Shown: positions 24,736 through 34,526 of the stretch, in pieces | Position numbering within the stretch: position 1 is the stretch's first letter | How the letters are laid out: every line of letters begins with the position of its first letter | Source: Minisyncoccota bacterium | GTDB taxonomy: Bacteria; Patescibacteriota; Minisyncoccia; Phycocordibacterales; UBA1006 | Length of the DNA: 64,000 nt | Assembly (NCBI GenBank): GCA_028697455.1 | Contig: JAQVEZ010000002.1 | Location: forward strand, 89,921-153,920 | Direction: 5' to 3' | Translations under genes and position numbers: made by a program | The notes under the pieces: generated by a model | The model's input: the letters and a program-made list of their open reading frames with translations, nothing else | What the model was told of the DNA's origin: nothing | Databases searched by the model: none

Positions 24736-27090
24736 ATGTCTTCTCGTAAGGAAAAAATCGTTCTTCTTGACGCTCACGCTATTATCCACAGGGCTTATCA
24801 CGCACTCCCTGGTTTTTCAACGAGGACCGGTATGCCAACAGGGGCTATTTTTGGCTTTGGGTCAATGATTCTGAGAATTATTGGCGATCTCAAGCCAGAC
24901 TATGTTATTGCGTGTTATGACCTTCCAGGGAAGACCTTTCGTCACGAAGCTTTTGATGAGTATAAGGGAACGAGAGGAGAAACTGATGATTCTCTCAAAT
25001 TACAATTTGATGCGACACGAGAGATGTGCGAAGCTCTTGATATTCCTATATACGACGCAGAAGGCTTTGAAGCAGATGATATCTTGGGGACCATCAGCGC
25101 AAAACTCAAGAGTTCTAATATCGACGTTGTCATTGCTTCTGGAGATATGGATACCTTACAACTGGTTGATGGTGAGAAGGTTCAGGTTTTTACTCTCAAG
25201 AAAGGACTCAACGATACGGTTGTCTATGACGAAAAGGCTGTTCGTGAGCGTTTTGGTTTTGCCCCAATTTCTATTGTTGATTTTAAAGCTCTTCGAGGAG
25301 ATGCTTCTGATAACATTCCAGGGATTAAGGGGATAGGAGAAAAGGCAGCAACAATCGCTATTACTCATTTTGCTACTATTGAAAACCTCTATGCAGCTCT
25401 TGAAAAAAACGAACAAGACCTTCTTGATGCAGGGCTTACCCAGAGAATGGTAACCCTTATTCGAGAAGGAAAAGAAGACGCTGAGTTTTCAAAAATTCTC
25501 GCGACGATTAGGAAAGATGCTCCCATACATTTTAAACTTCCAAAACAAAAATGGGGAGAAGCACTTTCTATGGAAAAAACTCTTGAGATTTTTGAACGCT
25601 ATGAGCTTCATAGTCTTGGAAAACGTCTTAAGACGTTGCTCCACATTGAAGATGAGAAAGAACAAATCAAAGAAAATTTTTCTGAAGAAGATTTAAAAAA
25701 ACTCGCACTCAAATTGTGGGTTCTTGATTCTGATGAGACGGATGCGTCTTTTATAGAAATCAAAGAGTACACCAAAGAAAAAACTTTTTCTCGAGCTCAA
25801 AAGAAAATAGACACAGAGCTTGCACAAGACGCAAGAGTCAAGGAAGTTTATGATTATATTGAAGAACCCCTTTTTCCCATTGTTCAACAAATGCAAAAAA
25901 CAGGCGTTGCTATTGATGAGAAGTTTTTTAAACAACTTAAATCAGAATATGCTGAGTGTTTAACAAAGCTTGAAGAGAAAATTTTTCAATTTTCTTCTGA
26001 GCCTTTTAATATTAAATCTCCAAAACAGCTTTCAAAAGTCCTTTTTGAAGATCTTGCGTTACCAACAAAGGGAATCAAAAAATTACAATCAGGATCATAT
26101 AGTACCAATGTTGACACCCTTGAAAAACTCGCAGAAGCCCATCCTATTATTCCTCTTTTGGTTGAGTTTCGTGAATTTGAGAAACTCCTTTCAACATATA
26201 TTGAAGTTATTCCCACTATGGTTGCCGAAGACAAACGTCTTCATGCTGAATTTCTTCAAAATGGAACATCTACTGGTCGTTTTTCTTCTCGAAATCCAAA
26301 TCTCCAAAACATTCCTACACGAACCGAGAATGGTCAAAAAATACGACAAGGGTTCGTTGCAGAAAAAGGCTATTCATTTATTTCTTTTGACTATTCTCAG
26401 ATCGAGTTAAGGTGTTTGGCACTCCTTTCAGGAGATAAAGCGCTCACAAAGATTTTCAAAGAACACGATGACATTCACTCGGGAGTCGCTGCGCTCATTG
26501 GTGGTGTTCCTATCAACGAAGTAACCAAAGAAATGCGAAGGAAGGCAAAGATTATAAACTTTGGAATTCTTTATGGAATGGGAATAAACTCCCTCAAGAA
26601 AGAGATGGATGTTTCAAGAGAGGAGGCCGAAAGTTTTTATTACGGGTTTTTTGACCAGTTTCCTGATGCGACAAAATATCTCGAAGATGCCAAGGAGCTT
26701 GCACGGAAACGGGGTTACACGGAAACCTTCTTTGGAAGAAGACGACAGTTTAAAAACATCAATTCAAAGCTCCCCTTTATTCGTGCAATGGCAGAGAGAA
26801 TGGCTCTCAATGCACCGATACAGGGAACTTCTGCTGATATGATTAAACTTGCTATGATCCATATCCACCAATGGCTTGAGGAGCAGCACTTACTTGAAAA
26901 TATTCGTCTCGTTCTCCAGATTCATGACGAAATTATTTATGAGGTTGAAGATAGTCTTTGTTCTCAGTTTGAACAAAAAGCACAAGAAATTATGGAAAAT
27001 GTTCTTGAAATTTCTTACAAAAAAGTAAAATCAGAAGTACCTTTTGTTGTAAAATCGAGTGTTGGTAAAAATTGGGGAGAGCTGAAGTAG
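24736..27090 (+). CDS. polA: DNA polymerase I (5'-3' exonuclease plus polymerase domains)
   Basis: FEN-like N-terminus. Polymerase motifs DYSQIELR, RRKAKIINFGILYGMG and QIHDEII. Confidence 0.93.
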   Translation: MSSRKEKIVLLDAHAIIHRAYHALPGFSTRTGMPTGAIFGFGSMILRIIGDLKPDYVIACYDLPGKTFRHEAFDEYKGTRGETDDSLKLQFDATREMCEALDIPIYDAEGFEADDILGTISAKLKSSNIDVVIASGDMDTLQLVDGEKVQVFTLKKGLNDTVVYDEKAVRERFGFAPISIVDFKALRGDASDNIPGIKGIGEKAATIAITHFATIENLYAALEKNEQDLLDAGLTQRMVTLIREGKEDAEFSKILATIRKDAPIHFKLPKQKWGEALSMEKTLEIFERYELHSLGKRLKTLLHIEDEKEQIKENFSEEDLKKLALKLWVLDSDETDASFIEIKEYTKEKTFSRAQKKIDTELAQDARVKEVYDYIEEPLFPIVQQMQKTGVAIDEKFFKQLKSEYAECLTKLEEKIFQFSSEPFNIKSPKQLSKVLFEDLALPTKGIKKLQSGSYSTNVDTLEKLAEAHPIIPLLVEFREFEKLLSTYIEVIPTMVAEDKRLHAEFLQNGTSTGRFSSRNPNLQNIPTRTENGQKIRQGFVAEKGYSFISFDYSQIELRCLALLSGDKALTKIFKEHDDIHSGVAALIGGVPINEVTKEMRRKAKIINFGILYGMGINSLKKEMDVSREEAESFYYGFFDQFPDATKYLEDAKELARKRGYTETFFGRRRQFKNINSKLPFIRAMAERMALNAPIQGTSADMIKLAMIHIHQWLEEQHLLENIRLVLQIHDEIIYEVEDSLCSQFEQKAQEIMENVLEISYKKVKSEVPFVVKSSVGKNWGELK

Positions 27091-27117
27091 ACAGAAGTTA
27101 TTTTAAATTCATTACCA

Positions 27118-27800
27118 TGTTGTATCTTTTTTTTGGAAATAAAAATAAAATAAAAAAAGAAACCGAGAGTCTTCTTCAGTCACGAACTGTTGATGTGTAT
27201 CATTTGTACGAAGAGGATTTTGTAGAGAAATCTTTTTTTGAGCTGACGTCTTTTCAGAAAGGACTTTTTGATGATACCAAGGTGTATATTATTCACGAAG
27301 CTTCTTCTCATGTTCCTCTCAAAAAAATTCTTCCCGAGTGTGCATCTTCTGAGAATATTTTTATTTTTTCAGAAGAAAAAGCCCCCAAAGCTACTCGAGA
27401 ATTGTTTGAAAAAAACAATGGAGAGATTAAGGATTTTTCAGAAAAAATCTTGCAAAAGAAAAATGAAGCTTTCAATATTTTTTCTCTTACTGATCTTTTG
27501 GGAAGGAGAGACAAAAAGGCTTTGTGGCTTTCTTTCCAAGAAGCAAAAAAAGAAAGTAGTCCAGAAGAAATTCATGGCGTCTTGTGGTGGGGACTTAAAA
27601 ATCTTTTTCTTGTAAAATCCTCTCCTACAAAAAATCCAGGAATGAGCCCCTATGTATATCAAAAGAATCTTAGTTTTGCAAAAAATTTTGAAGAGAAAGA
27701 ACTTCTTTCTCTTGCGGACACGCTCGTTCGTATGTTCCACGAGAGAGATTCGGTAAGTTCTCTTGAAATAGAGCTTGAGAAATTTATCTTAAATATATAA
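27118..27800 (+). CDS. holA: DNA polymerase III delta subunit-like (short HolA)
   Basis: MLYLFFGN N-terminus and a C-terminal IFSLTDLLGRRDKKALWL…WWGLKNLF matching the delta-subunit pattern. The ORF-track start at 27072 overlaps polA, so an internal Met is preferred. Confidence 0.5.
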
Positions 27801-27837
27801 AAACCAAACAATTCTCATTGTTTGGTTTTTATAGTAT

Positions 27838-27913
27838 TGGTCCCCCCGGTAGGGATCGAACCTACGACCGTCAGCTTAAAAGGCTGCTGCTCTACCAGCT
27901 GAGCTACAGGGGG
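27838..27913 (-). tRNA. tRNA-Lys (anticodon TTT)
   Basis: Minus-strand sequence CCCCCTGTAGCTCAGCTGGTAGAGCAGCAGCCTTTTAAGCTGACGGTCGTAGGTTCGATCCCTACCGGGGGGACCA. The cloverleaf folds, the anticodon loop is CTTTTAA, the T-loop is TTCGATC, and CCA is encoded. Confidence 0.9.
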
Positions 27914-27954
27914 AGATGTATACTCTATTTATTTAAAGTATTTTGTTACATTGT

Positions 27955-28170
27955 GCTCATTCAGCAGCCTTTTCTTAAAAGGCGTTCGGCGTGCCGTTAA
28001 GGCACCCCTCACCTCCACCAGCTGAGCTACAGGGGGAGATGAATGTTATGTATCCCTCAAAAATTTTATTTCAAAATTCTCACGAAGCAGCCTTTTCTTA
28101 AGAGGTGTTCGGCGTGCCGTTAAGGCACCCCTCACCTCTACCGACTGAGCTACAGGGGGATATCTAACAA
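27955..28170 (-). repeat. Two tandem degenerate tRNA-Lys-derived repeats (tRNA 5' half fused to GC-rich palindromes)
   Basis: The units end at 28044 and 28166 on the minus strand and repeat CCCCCTGTAGCTCAG(C/T)(T/C)GGT(G/A)GAG of the tRNA. They then diverge into GTGAGGGGTGCCTTAACGGCACGCCGAAC and the palindrome GCCTTTT-AAG/CTT-AAAAGGC. Neither has a T-arm or a 3' acceptor strand. The period is about 120-130 bp. Confidence 0.6.
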
Positions 28171-28248
28171 GAATCACTATAGAAAAAAAAGACAAGAAAG
28201 TCAATAAAAATCTTTTGTTTTGTATTCGCTGTGATAGTATTCGCCTTA

Positions 28249-28718
28249 TGAAGACATCTTTGTGGCTCCACAATATTCGAAGTGCCTATAATGTTGGTTC
28301 TCTTTTTCGAACAGCTGATGCTGTTGGAATCCAGCACATCTATCTTTCTGGCTATACACCACTCCCAATTGATCGCTTCGGACGTTATCGTTCTGATATT
28401 GCCAAAACGGCTTTGGGTTCAGAAAAAACACTTTCATGGTCACAACTTAAAAATATTCCAAAAGATATTCTTGAGCTCAAAAGTAGGGGGAATTTTTTTG
28501 TTTGCGTAGAGCAGGATAAAAAATCAATCGATATTTTTGAAGCAAGACTCCCGCAAGGAAAAGATATTATTCTTGCTGTTGGCGAAGAAACACGTGGTTT
28601 TGAGCCAGAGCTTCTTGGGCTTGCAGATATGATTGTCGAAATTCCTATGCGTGGCAAAAAAGAATCTCTTAACGTCACGGTTGCTTTTGGAATTGCTGCT
28701 TATACCTTATTAAAATAA
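28249..28718 (+). CDS. SpoU/TrmH-family RNA 2'-O-methyltransferase
   Basis: NVGSLFRTADAVGI N-terminal motif and C-terminal ESLNVTVAFGIAAY, the SPOUT knot motifs. The ORF-track start at 28215 is probably too early. Confidence 0.7.
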
Positions 28719-28725
28719 AAACCCA

Positions 28726-29301
28726 TTATTGAATGAATTTGAGTGCGAGACGAATCCTCTCGTTGACTTCGGTTATGGCAGGATCAACTTTTGCCAATGA
28801 CGAGTATGCTTGCGAAGGAGAGTAACCTAAGGCAATAAGAGCATCAACCACATCACTATCGTTGTCTTTGAAGGTGTTGGGTGTTTCGGGATTATAATCC
28901 TTGAGATTGTCTTTGAGTTCAATACACATGCGTTCTGCTGTTTTTTTCCCTATACCAGGAACACTCGTAAGAAAATCAATATTGTTACTCACAATTGCTT
29001 GGTAAAGGGTATCCGTCGACGCAAGGGCAATAATCCCCAGCGCTGATTTTGGACCAACACCAGACACTCCTAAAAGTTTTTTGAAAAAATAAAGCTCGTT
29101 TTTGGTTTCAAATCCGTAGAGATCAAAAATATTTTCTCGTATCACGGGGAAAATCCAAAGAGAAACTTTGTTTTGAATGAGTGCCCAGTTGAGGGTTGGT
29201 TCAGTTACATAGATAGAATACCCAACATCTCGGACATCGAGAATAAGCATTTTATCAACTTCAAAGAGAGCTTTTCCTGTTAAATAACCAATCATAGTCA
29301 T
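28726..29301 (-). CDS. ruvA: Holliday junction DNA helicase subunit RuvA
   Basis: MIGYLTGKALFEVDKMLILDVRDVGYSIYV N-terminus, HhH motifs GVGPKSALGI, and a C-terminal domain. Confidence 0.88.
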   Translation of the reverse strand: MTMIGYLTGKALFEVDKMLILDVRDVGYSIYVTEPTLNWALIQNKVSLWIFPVIRENIFDLYGFETKNELYFFKKLLGVSGVGPKSALGIIALASTDTLYQAIVSNNIDFLTSVPGIGKKTAERMCIELKDNLKDYNPETPNTFKDNDSDVVDALIALGYSPSQAYSSLAKVDPAITEVNERIRLALKFIQ

Positions 29302-29317
29302 AGTATAACACGTATTT

Positions 29318-30238
29318 TTGGGATATAATTTATGTATGCGTTTTGAAAATAATATTAAAATAGAGATTTATGAATCATTTTCGAAAAATACAGAGAGGCA
29401 GGAGCGATATTTGAGCCTTTTGAAAAAAAGAGCAGAGCCCTATACTCCAAAAGAAGAGAACTTTACTGATCTTTATTCAGAAAAAGAGATTAACACTGAT
29501 TTAGAGAGGGTTGTGTTTTTAGAAAAAAAATTTGAAGAAGATTCCACAAAAGAAAGCAAAACACTTAAAAGAATTTCTGATGTTTTTGAGGGTGTTGTCG
29601 TTGAACAAGCAGAGCAAGGGGCATGGTTTGGAGAGAAAGTTCATTTCTACCCAACCTCGCGATATGATGATTTTGTTAATGGTGTTGATGGTGTCGCGGA
29701 ATTTTATGACGAGCAAGAAGACGAGAACGGAGAGATTGTTTCCGTTCCAAGTCATACGGCCTTGAGTTTTGATGTTGTTTTTTCTCGAGAGGCAAAAAGA
29801 ATAGAAGAAAAACTCCAAAGAACAAAAGAGATGATTGAACGAGGAGAACTTACTGAAGTAAAATATTTTGAAGATGAAGAAGGAAATAGAAAATCCTTAA
29901 GAGCCCCTCGTATTGTTTTGGGTTCACGACTTTCGTCTGCAGAAAAATTGATTGACCTCTGGGGGAGCAAAACTCCTGATAAAAATAAAAAACTTGCCCG
30001 ACACCCAATGCAGATTAAGCTCCTTTTGGAATCATATTTGCAGTTATATCATTTCTCTGAATACGCTCGAGAGCTCGGTAAGCCAGAAATAGCCCATGCT
30101 TACGGATCTCTTTGTAATCGGGTTTCTGAAATTTTAAATAATGAGAAAAAAGATCTTCTTAATGAGCACTATAATGAAATCTCAGATGATATTGTATTTG
30201 AAACGGTTCGTGATTTTTGTTCAAAAGCCTCTCTTTAG
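29318..30238 (+). CDS. Hypothetical protein
   Basis: A 306-aa ORF in the genomic coding style, with no motif I recognise. Confidence 0.4.
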   Translation: MGYNLCMRFENNIKIEIYESFSKNTERQERYLSLLKKRAEPYTPKEENFTDLYSEKEINTDLERVVFLEKKFEEDSTKESKTLKRISDVFEGVVVEQAEQGAWFGEKVHFYPTSRYDDFVNGVDGVAEFYDEQEDENGEIVSVPSHTALSFDVVFSREAKRIEEKLQRTKEMIERGELTEVKYFEDEEGNRKSLRAPRIVLGSRLSSAEKLIDLWGSKTPDKNKKLARHPMQIKLLLESYLQLYHFSEYARELGKPEIAHAYGSLCNRVSEILNNEKKDLLNEHYNEISDDIVFETVRDFCSKASL

Positions 30239-30271
30239 TTGTAAGGAGGCTTTTTCTTGTTCTGTGTTAGT

Positions 30272-31066
30272 ATGATAATTACCATGGATATTCCCATTAT
30301 TTTTGAAAATGAAGATTTTCTTATTATCAACAAGCCTGCAGGGCTTGTTGTTCATGCTGACGGAAAGACGAAGGAAAAAACACTCGTAGATTGGATACAG
30401 GAACATTATCCAGAACTTTCTACAGTTGGTGAGGATATGCATTTTGAAAATAAAGGAGAGGAAATTACTATCAAGAGACCAGGTATCGTTCATCGCATTG
30501 ACCGAGACACCTCGGGGATTCTGCTTATTGCTAAAACCCAGCAAAGCTTTCTCTATTTTAAAAACCTCTTTAAAGAACAAAAGATTCATAAAAAATACCA
30601 AGCACTTGTCTACGGGCTTATACGAGAAAATGAAGGAACCATTTCTGAACCAATTGGTCGTCATCCAAAAGATTTTAGAAAAAAAATGGCGGGAAGATAT
30701 TCCCGAGGAACTCAACGACCAGCAGAAACTGACTATCAAGTTCTTGCTCGCTATAAAAATGTAGTACTTGAAAAGACAAAAAATTCTTTTGAAAAAAACT
30801 TTACCCTTCTTGAGTGTTCCCCAAAAACAGGGCGAACCCACCAAATACGTGTACACCTCAAATGGATGCACCACCCCATTGTTGGGGACACTCTTTATGA
30901 AGGGCGGGGAAACAAGCATCCCTTCCCAATACAAAGAACAATGCTCCATGCGCATGAAATCTCTTTTATTGATCAAGGGGGAGAGCAACAGCATTTTGTC
31001 GCAGAACTTCCATTTGATTTTGAAGAAACGCTTCGTCTCTTAACACTTTACAAAACTTCTTTATAA
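30272..31066 (+). CDS. RluA-family pseudouridine synthase
   Basis: Catalytic motif HRIDRDTSGILLIAK and the C-terminal GRTHQIRVHL. The ORF track starts at 30257. Confidence 0.85.
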   Translation: MIITMDIPIIFENEDFLIINKPAGLVVHADGKTKEKTLVDWIQEHYPELSTVGEDMHFENKGEEITIKRPGIVHRIDRDTSGILLIAKTQQSFLYFKNLFKEQKIHKKYQALVYGLIRENEGTISEPIGRHPKDFRKKMAGRYSRGTQRPAETDYQVLARYKNVVLEKTKNSFEKNFTLLECSPKTGRTHQIRVHLKWMHHPIVGDTLYEGRGNKHPFPIQRTMLHAHEISFIDQGGEQQHFVAELPFDFEETLRLLTLYKTSL

Positions 31067-31073
31067 TAAAGAT

Positions 31074-31799
31074 ATGAATCTTCGTATAAAGAAGTCCGCT
31101 CTTTTTCTTATTGCTCTTGGTTTTATTCTTTTGACAATAAGTATCTATTTTGGAGGTGGAGAATATCTTGTTATTCAAAAAGGAGAAAAAATTGAAGGAA
31201 CGGTTGTTCGCGTAGAGGAAATTATAAAAACAAACGAAGAAAAAAGTTATCGTTTCTATATTTGGTATCCTCTTCCTTCTCCCGATAAAATTTTTGTAAC
31301 CTCTGAATACTCTAAAACTTCTTTTACCCTCGACCAAACCATACCCCTTTCTTTATATAAAGGAGAGTTGTCTCTTCATAATGAAAAACTCCTCTTTCCG
31401 ATTCTTTTGGGTGTGTTCTTTGGGCTTGTGTTTTTTATCTGGGGATTGTGGTCCTTTCTTAAGAATCTCAAACCCTACTCTGATGAAGAGTACTTAAAAC
31501 TTTTTGGAAAAAAAGTCGTTGCTCGTTTTGTGGAGGCAGAAGTCGTCCATAACATTCTCGGAGAACAAGATGGGTATATTCTCCACCTCGAAAGCCTTGA
31601 ATCGGAAAAAGTTTTTTCCTCAAAACCAATTCTTGATACGCGATCAATACACGATCTTGAGAGAACTTTTTTTGATGTGTACTACAACCCTCAAAAACCA
31701 GAGAGATATTATATTGACCTTGAAAAATATTTTGGAAAACCCGTTATTTTTGAAAAAACAAAACGAAAGAAAAACAAACGAGAAAGTCTTGATAATTAA
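31074..31799 (+). CDS. Hypothetical membrane protein (two TM segments flanking a soluble domain, DUF3592-like topology)
   Basis: TM segments are at residues about 9-27 and about 107-127. Confidence 0.4.
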   Translation: MNLRIKKSALFLIALGFILLTISIYFGGGEYLVIQKGEKIEGTVVRVEEIIKTNEEKSYRFYIWYPLPSPDKIFVTSEYSKTSFTLDQTIPLSLYKGELSLHNEKLLFPILLGVFFGLVFFIWGLWSFLKNLKPYSDEEYLKLFGKKVVARFVEAEVVHNILGEQDGYILHLESLESEKVFSSKPILDTRSIHDLERTFFDVYYNPQKPERYYIDLEKYFGKPVIFEKTKRKKNKRESLDN

Positions 31800-31825
31800 C
31801 AATTTTGTGTTAAGGTGGCTATATT

Positions 31826-32419
31826 ATGAGTAAAATAAAAGAACAATTCCTTCCAGAATCAGTTCGAAATCGTAAAGATCTCGACATCCGAGCAGGTGAT
31901 ACTGTTCGTGTTAACGTAAAGATTCAAGAAAAAGGAAAAACTCGAATTCAAACATTTGAAGGGCTCGTTTTGGCTCGCAAACACGGGAGCGAAAACGGTG
32001 GAACATTTACTGTTCGAAAAATTTCAAAAGGTATTGGAGTAGAAAGAATCTTTCCTCTCTATGCACCTTCTATAGACTCGATTGAAATCTTGAGAAGAGC
32101 AAAGGTACGACAATCAAAACTTTACTTCTTGCGAGATTCAGTTTCTAAGAAGATCCGATACAAACTTCGACGTATTACGAATATCGGAACAGGAACAAAC
32201 GACTTACCTGAGTGGATCAACGAGACACCTGAAGAAATTTCAAACGAAGATCTTCTTGATGAAGAAACGGTTCTCGAAGAAGGATCTGATACACAAGTAG
32301 CCGAAGAAGTTTCGTCTGACGATGTTACGGCAGAACCAGAGGAGACTCCTGAACAAGTTGCTGAAACTGAAGATGTTTCTCCAGAAGAAACTCCTTCCGA
32401 AGAAGCAGCTGCTGAATAA
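31826..32419 (+). CDS. rplS: 50S ribosomal protein L19 with an acidic C-terminal extension
   Basis: MSKIKEQF…[33 protein letters not shown] matches L19. A C-terminal D/E-rich tail of about 70 aa follows. Confidence 0.9.
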   Translation: MSKIKEQFLPESVRNRKDLDIRAGDTVRVNVKIQEKGKTRIQTFEGLVLARKHGSENGGTFTVRKISKGIGVERIFPLYAPSIDSIEILRRAKVRQSKLYFLRDSVSKKIRYKLRRITNIGTGTNDLPEWINETPEEISNEDLLDEETVLEEGSDTQVAEEVSSDDVTAEPEETPEQVAETEDVSPEETPSEEAAAE

Positions 32420-32483
32420 GAAAAAACCCTTTGTGGGTTTTTTTATTTCCTTTACAAAGTATTTATTGGTATACTAAAGAAGT

Positions 32484-33497
32484 ATGATATGGATAACTTT
32501 AGGTATTATTATTACTTCAATTGCTGGTATTTTTTTAGCACAACACATCGAAAAACATCGCTCTGATGAGAATCACAGTATTTGCCCAATAGGAAGTAAC
32601 TGTGAACCACTTCTCAACGGAAGATTCTCACATTTTTTTGGAATTTCTGTTGAGAAAATTGGAAAATGGTATTTTGCATTTATTCTTGCTCTTTATACGG
32701 CAAGTCTTGTTGTTCCCCTTCCTTTGTGGATTTTATTTATAGGACTTTCGTCTTCTCTTGTTGCGTTCGCTTTCTCTTTATACCTTTCAATCGTTCAGGT
32801 TTTTGTTGTGAGGCGATGGTGTACGCTTGCGCTCTTTTCAACAGCCCTTAGTTTCCTGGTTCTCGTATTGGCTTTTCTTGGTTATGAAAAAACCTTTATA
32901 GAGTTTACCTATTCTCATCGAGATCTTTTTAGGTGGGTGTATGTTCTTGCTGTGTGGGGAGGAACACTTATCACAACGTTCCATGCAGGAACTTTTATAA
33001 AATTCCTTAAAGATTTTAAAATTTCAAAACGAGAAGAGAAACGACTCACTATGTTTTCTCAGGTAGCGTGGACTGCTCTTGGACTTGCTTTCCTTGCGGG
33101 GATAGGACTTGTTTTGACAGATCAATGGAGAGAAATTGTCGACAGTACTTCCTTTGTTGTTATGGTTTTTGTTATGGGGATGCTTATTGTCTATGAGGTT
33201 GTCGCAAATATGATTGTAGCGCCTTGGCTTATTCATCTTAATTTTGAAGAAGGTCTCTCGGAAGAAGAGCTCACACGACACGCTTTTTATAGAAAAACTG
33301 CCTTTAGTTTTATTGGGGTTGGGGTTGTTTCTTGGTATTCGCTCCTCCTCCTCACTACCTTTGACTGGTTCAGTTATTCAAGCTTACAAATTTTCCTTAT
33401 TTACGTAGGACTTATTATTGCATCAGTTATTTGTGCACTCTATCTTGAGCTTATTATTTCTAGAAAATCACAACTTTTCCAAAAAAAAGAACTCTAA
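32484..33497 (+). CDS. Polytopic membrane protein, hypothetical
   Basis: 337 aa with about 9 predicted TM segments and an N-terminal CPIGSNCEPLL Cys pair. A TTGGTATACT -10 element sits 8 nt upstream of the ATG, the same architecture as at 12043. Confidence 0.5.
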   Translation: MIWITLGIIITSIAGIFLAQHIEKHRSDENHSICPIGSNCEPLLNGRFSHFFGISVEKIGKWYFAFILALYTASLVVPLPLWILFIGLSSSLVAFAFSLYLSIVQVFVVRRWCTLALFSTALSFLVLVLAFLGYEKTFIEFTYSHRDLFRWVYVLAVWGGTLITTFHAGTFIKFLKDFKISKREEKRLTMFSQVAWTALGLAFLAGIGLVLTDQWREIVDSTSFVVMVFVMGMLIVYEVVANMIVAPWLIHLNFEEGLSEEELTRHAFYRKTAFSFIGVGVVSWYSLLLLTTFDWFSYSSLQIFLIYVGLIIASVICALYLELIISRKSQLFQKKEL

Positions 33498-33592
33498 CTA
33501 AAGAGTCCAAAGAAGTTACCTACGTTTGATTTTTATCTTGAAAAAGATATACTTTTTGACACGCCAGCCTCTTTGGGGTAGTGGCGTAGTAT

Positions 33593-33665
33593 GGTGGCTA
33601 TGGTGTAACGGTTAACACAGCGGGTTGTGGTTCCGCTGATCTGGGTTCGATTCCCAGTAGCCACC
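33593..33665 (+). tRNA. tRNA-His (anticodon GTG) with an encoded G-1 and C73 discriminator
   Basis: Sequence G-GTGGCTATGGTGTAACGGTTAACACAGCGGGTTGTGGTTCCGCTGATCTGGGTTCGATTCCCAGTAGCCACC. CCA is not encoded. Confidence 0.9.
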
Positions 33666-33723
33666 CTAGAAAAAGGCGAGAGCCTTTTTTATTTTATTTT
33701 TTATTTTATAGAAAATTGCTATA

Positions 33724-34485
33724 ATGAGCACCATGAAAAAACGAAGAAAAATAGTATTTATTATTATCCTTATTGTTCTTGCGACTATCGCAGCCCTTGT
33801 GTTCTCTCTTTTGAAGAAAGATGCTTTTCAAGAAGTTCAGGAAAATGTTCCTGAAGAGCTCGTACAAGAAACAAACGGAGGAGAAGAGAACGCTCTTCCT
33901 GGAATTGGAAAAACATTAACGCTCAACGAAGAAAATATCGAAGGGTCATACCCACAGATTGAAGGAAATAATTTTGTTGCAAAAAGTGCACGAGAATATA
34001 TTAATAACTTTATCCGTGAAAATACCAATCTTGCAAATACTGATCTTCCGGGTTTGAGAGTAGACTTTCCAGAATTTGCTGATCGAAAATACGCAGTAAA
34101 CGTAAATGCTCATTATTTTAAATCACCATACGGTGACTCTATTGTTCTTGAGCAGTTCCTCTATACTGCTGGAGCTAATGGAAACTCATTTTTTATGAGC
34201 TTTAACCAAAATCCTCAAGGAGAAAAAATAACACTCAAAGATATCATTCCAGAAGAGAAGCGCGCTTCATTTACTGCTGAAGTAAAAGCAAGACTTTCTC
34301 ATTATGAAAGAGAGGGAGAGAGTATTGAGCTCTTCCCAGAAGAGGTTGAGGCACTTACCTTTGACCGATTCACACGCTTTGCTTTTGATGGAGAGACATT
34401 GATGCTTTATTTTGATAAATATGAGCTTGCTCCAGGGGCTGTTGGACCCATTACCTTAGTAATACAAAACTTTAAAAATATCTAA
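33724..34485 (+). CDS. Membrane-anchored extracytoplasmic protein, DUF3298/DUF4163-like (RsiV/PdaC-type fold), hypothetical
   Basis: N-terminal TM IVFIIILIVLATIAALVF followed by a soluble domain. The family assignment is from weak pattern similarity only. Confidence 0.35.
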   Translation: MSTMKKRRKIVFIIILIVLATIAALVFSLLKKDAFQEVQENVPEELVQETNGGEENALPGIGKTLTLNEENIEGSYPQIEGNNFVAKSAREYINNFIRENTNLANTDLPGLRVDFPEFADRKYAVNVNAHYFKSPYGDSIVLEQFLYTAGANGNSFFMSFNQNPQGEKITLKDIIPEEKRASFTAEVKARLSHYEREGESIELFPEEVEALTFDRFTRFAFDGETLMLYFDKYELAPGAVGPITLVIQNFKNI

Positions 34486-34526
34486 GCTAAAAAACCATAC
34501 AAACCGTATGGTTTTTTTGATAAGAA

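Noticed and set aside
25970-26410. Multiple 60-150 aa ORFs inside polA on both strands
   Set aside because: They are internal to a long, motif-verified polA frame.
27955-28170. Reading the two tRNA-like repeat units as additional functional tRNA genes
   Set aside because: They reproduce only the acceptor 5' strand and D-arm. No T-arm or complementary 3' acceptor strand exists in either unit.
32484-32495. ATGGATAAC at the start of the 32484 gene as a DnaA box
   Set aside because: Only 7 of 9 positions match and it lies within the start codon context. It is more parsimoniously coding sequence.
33627-33854. 75-aa ORF starting inside tRNA-His
   Set aside because: It overlaps the tRNA-His gene and the following terminator and promoter, so it is not a plausible protein.
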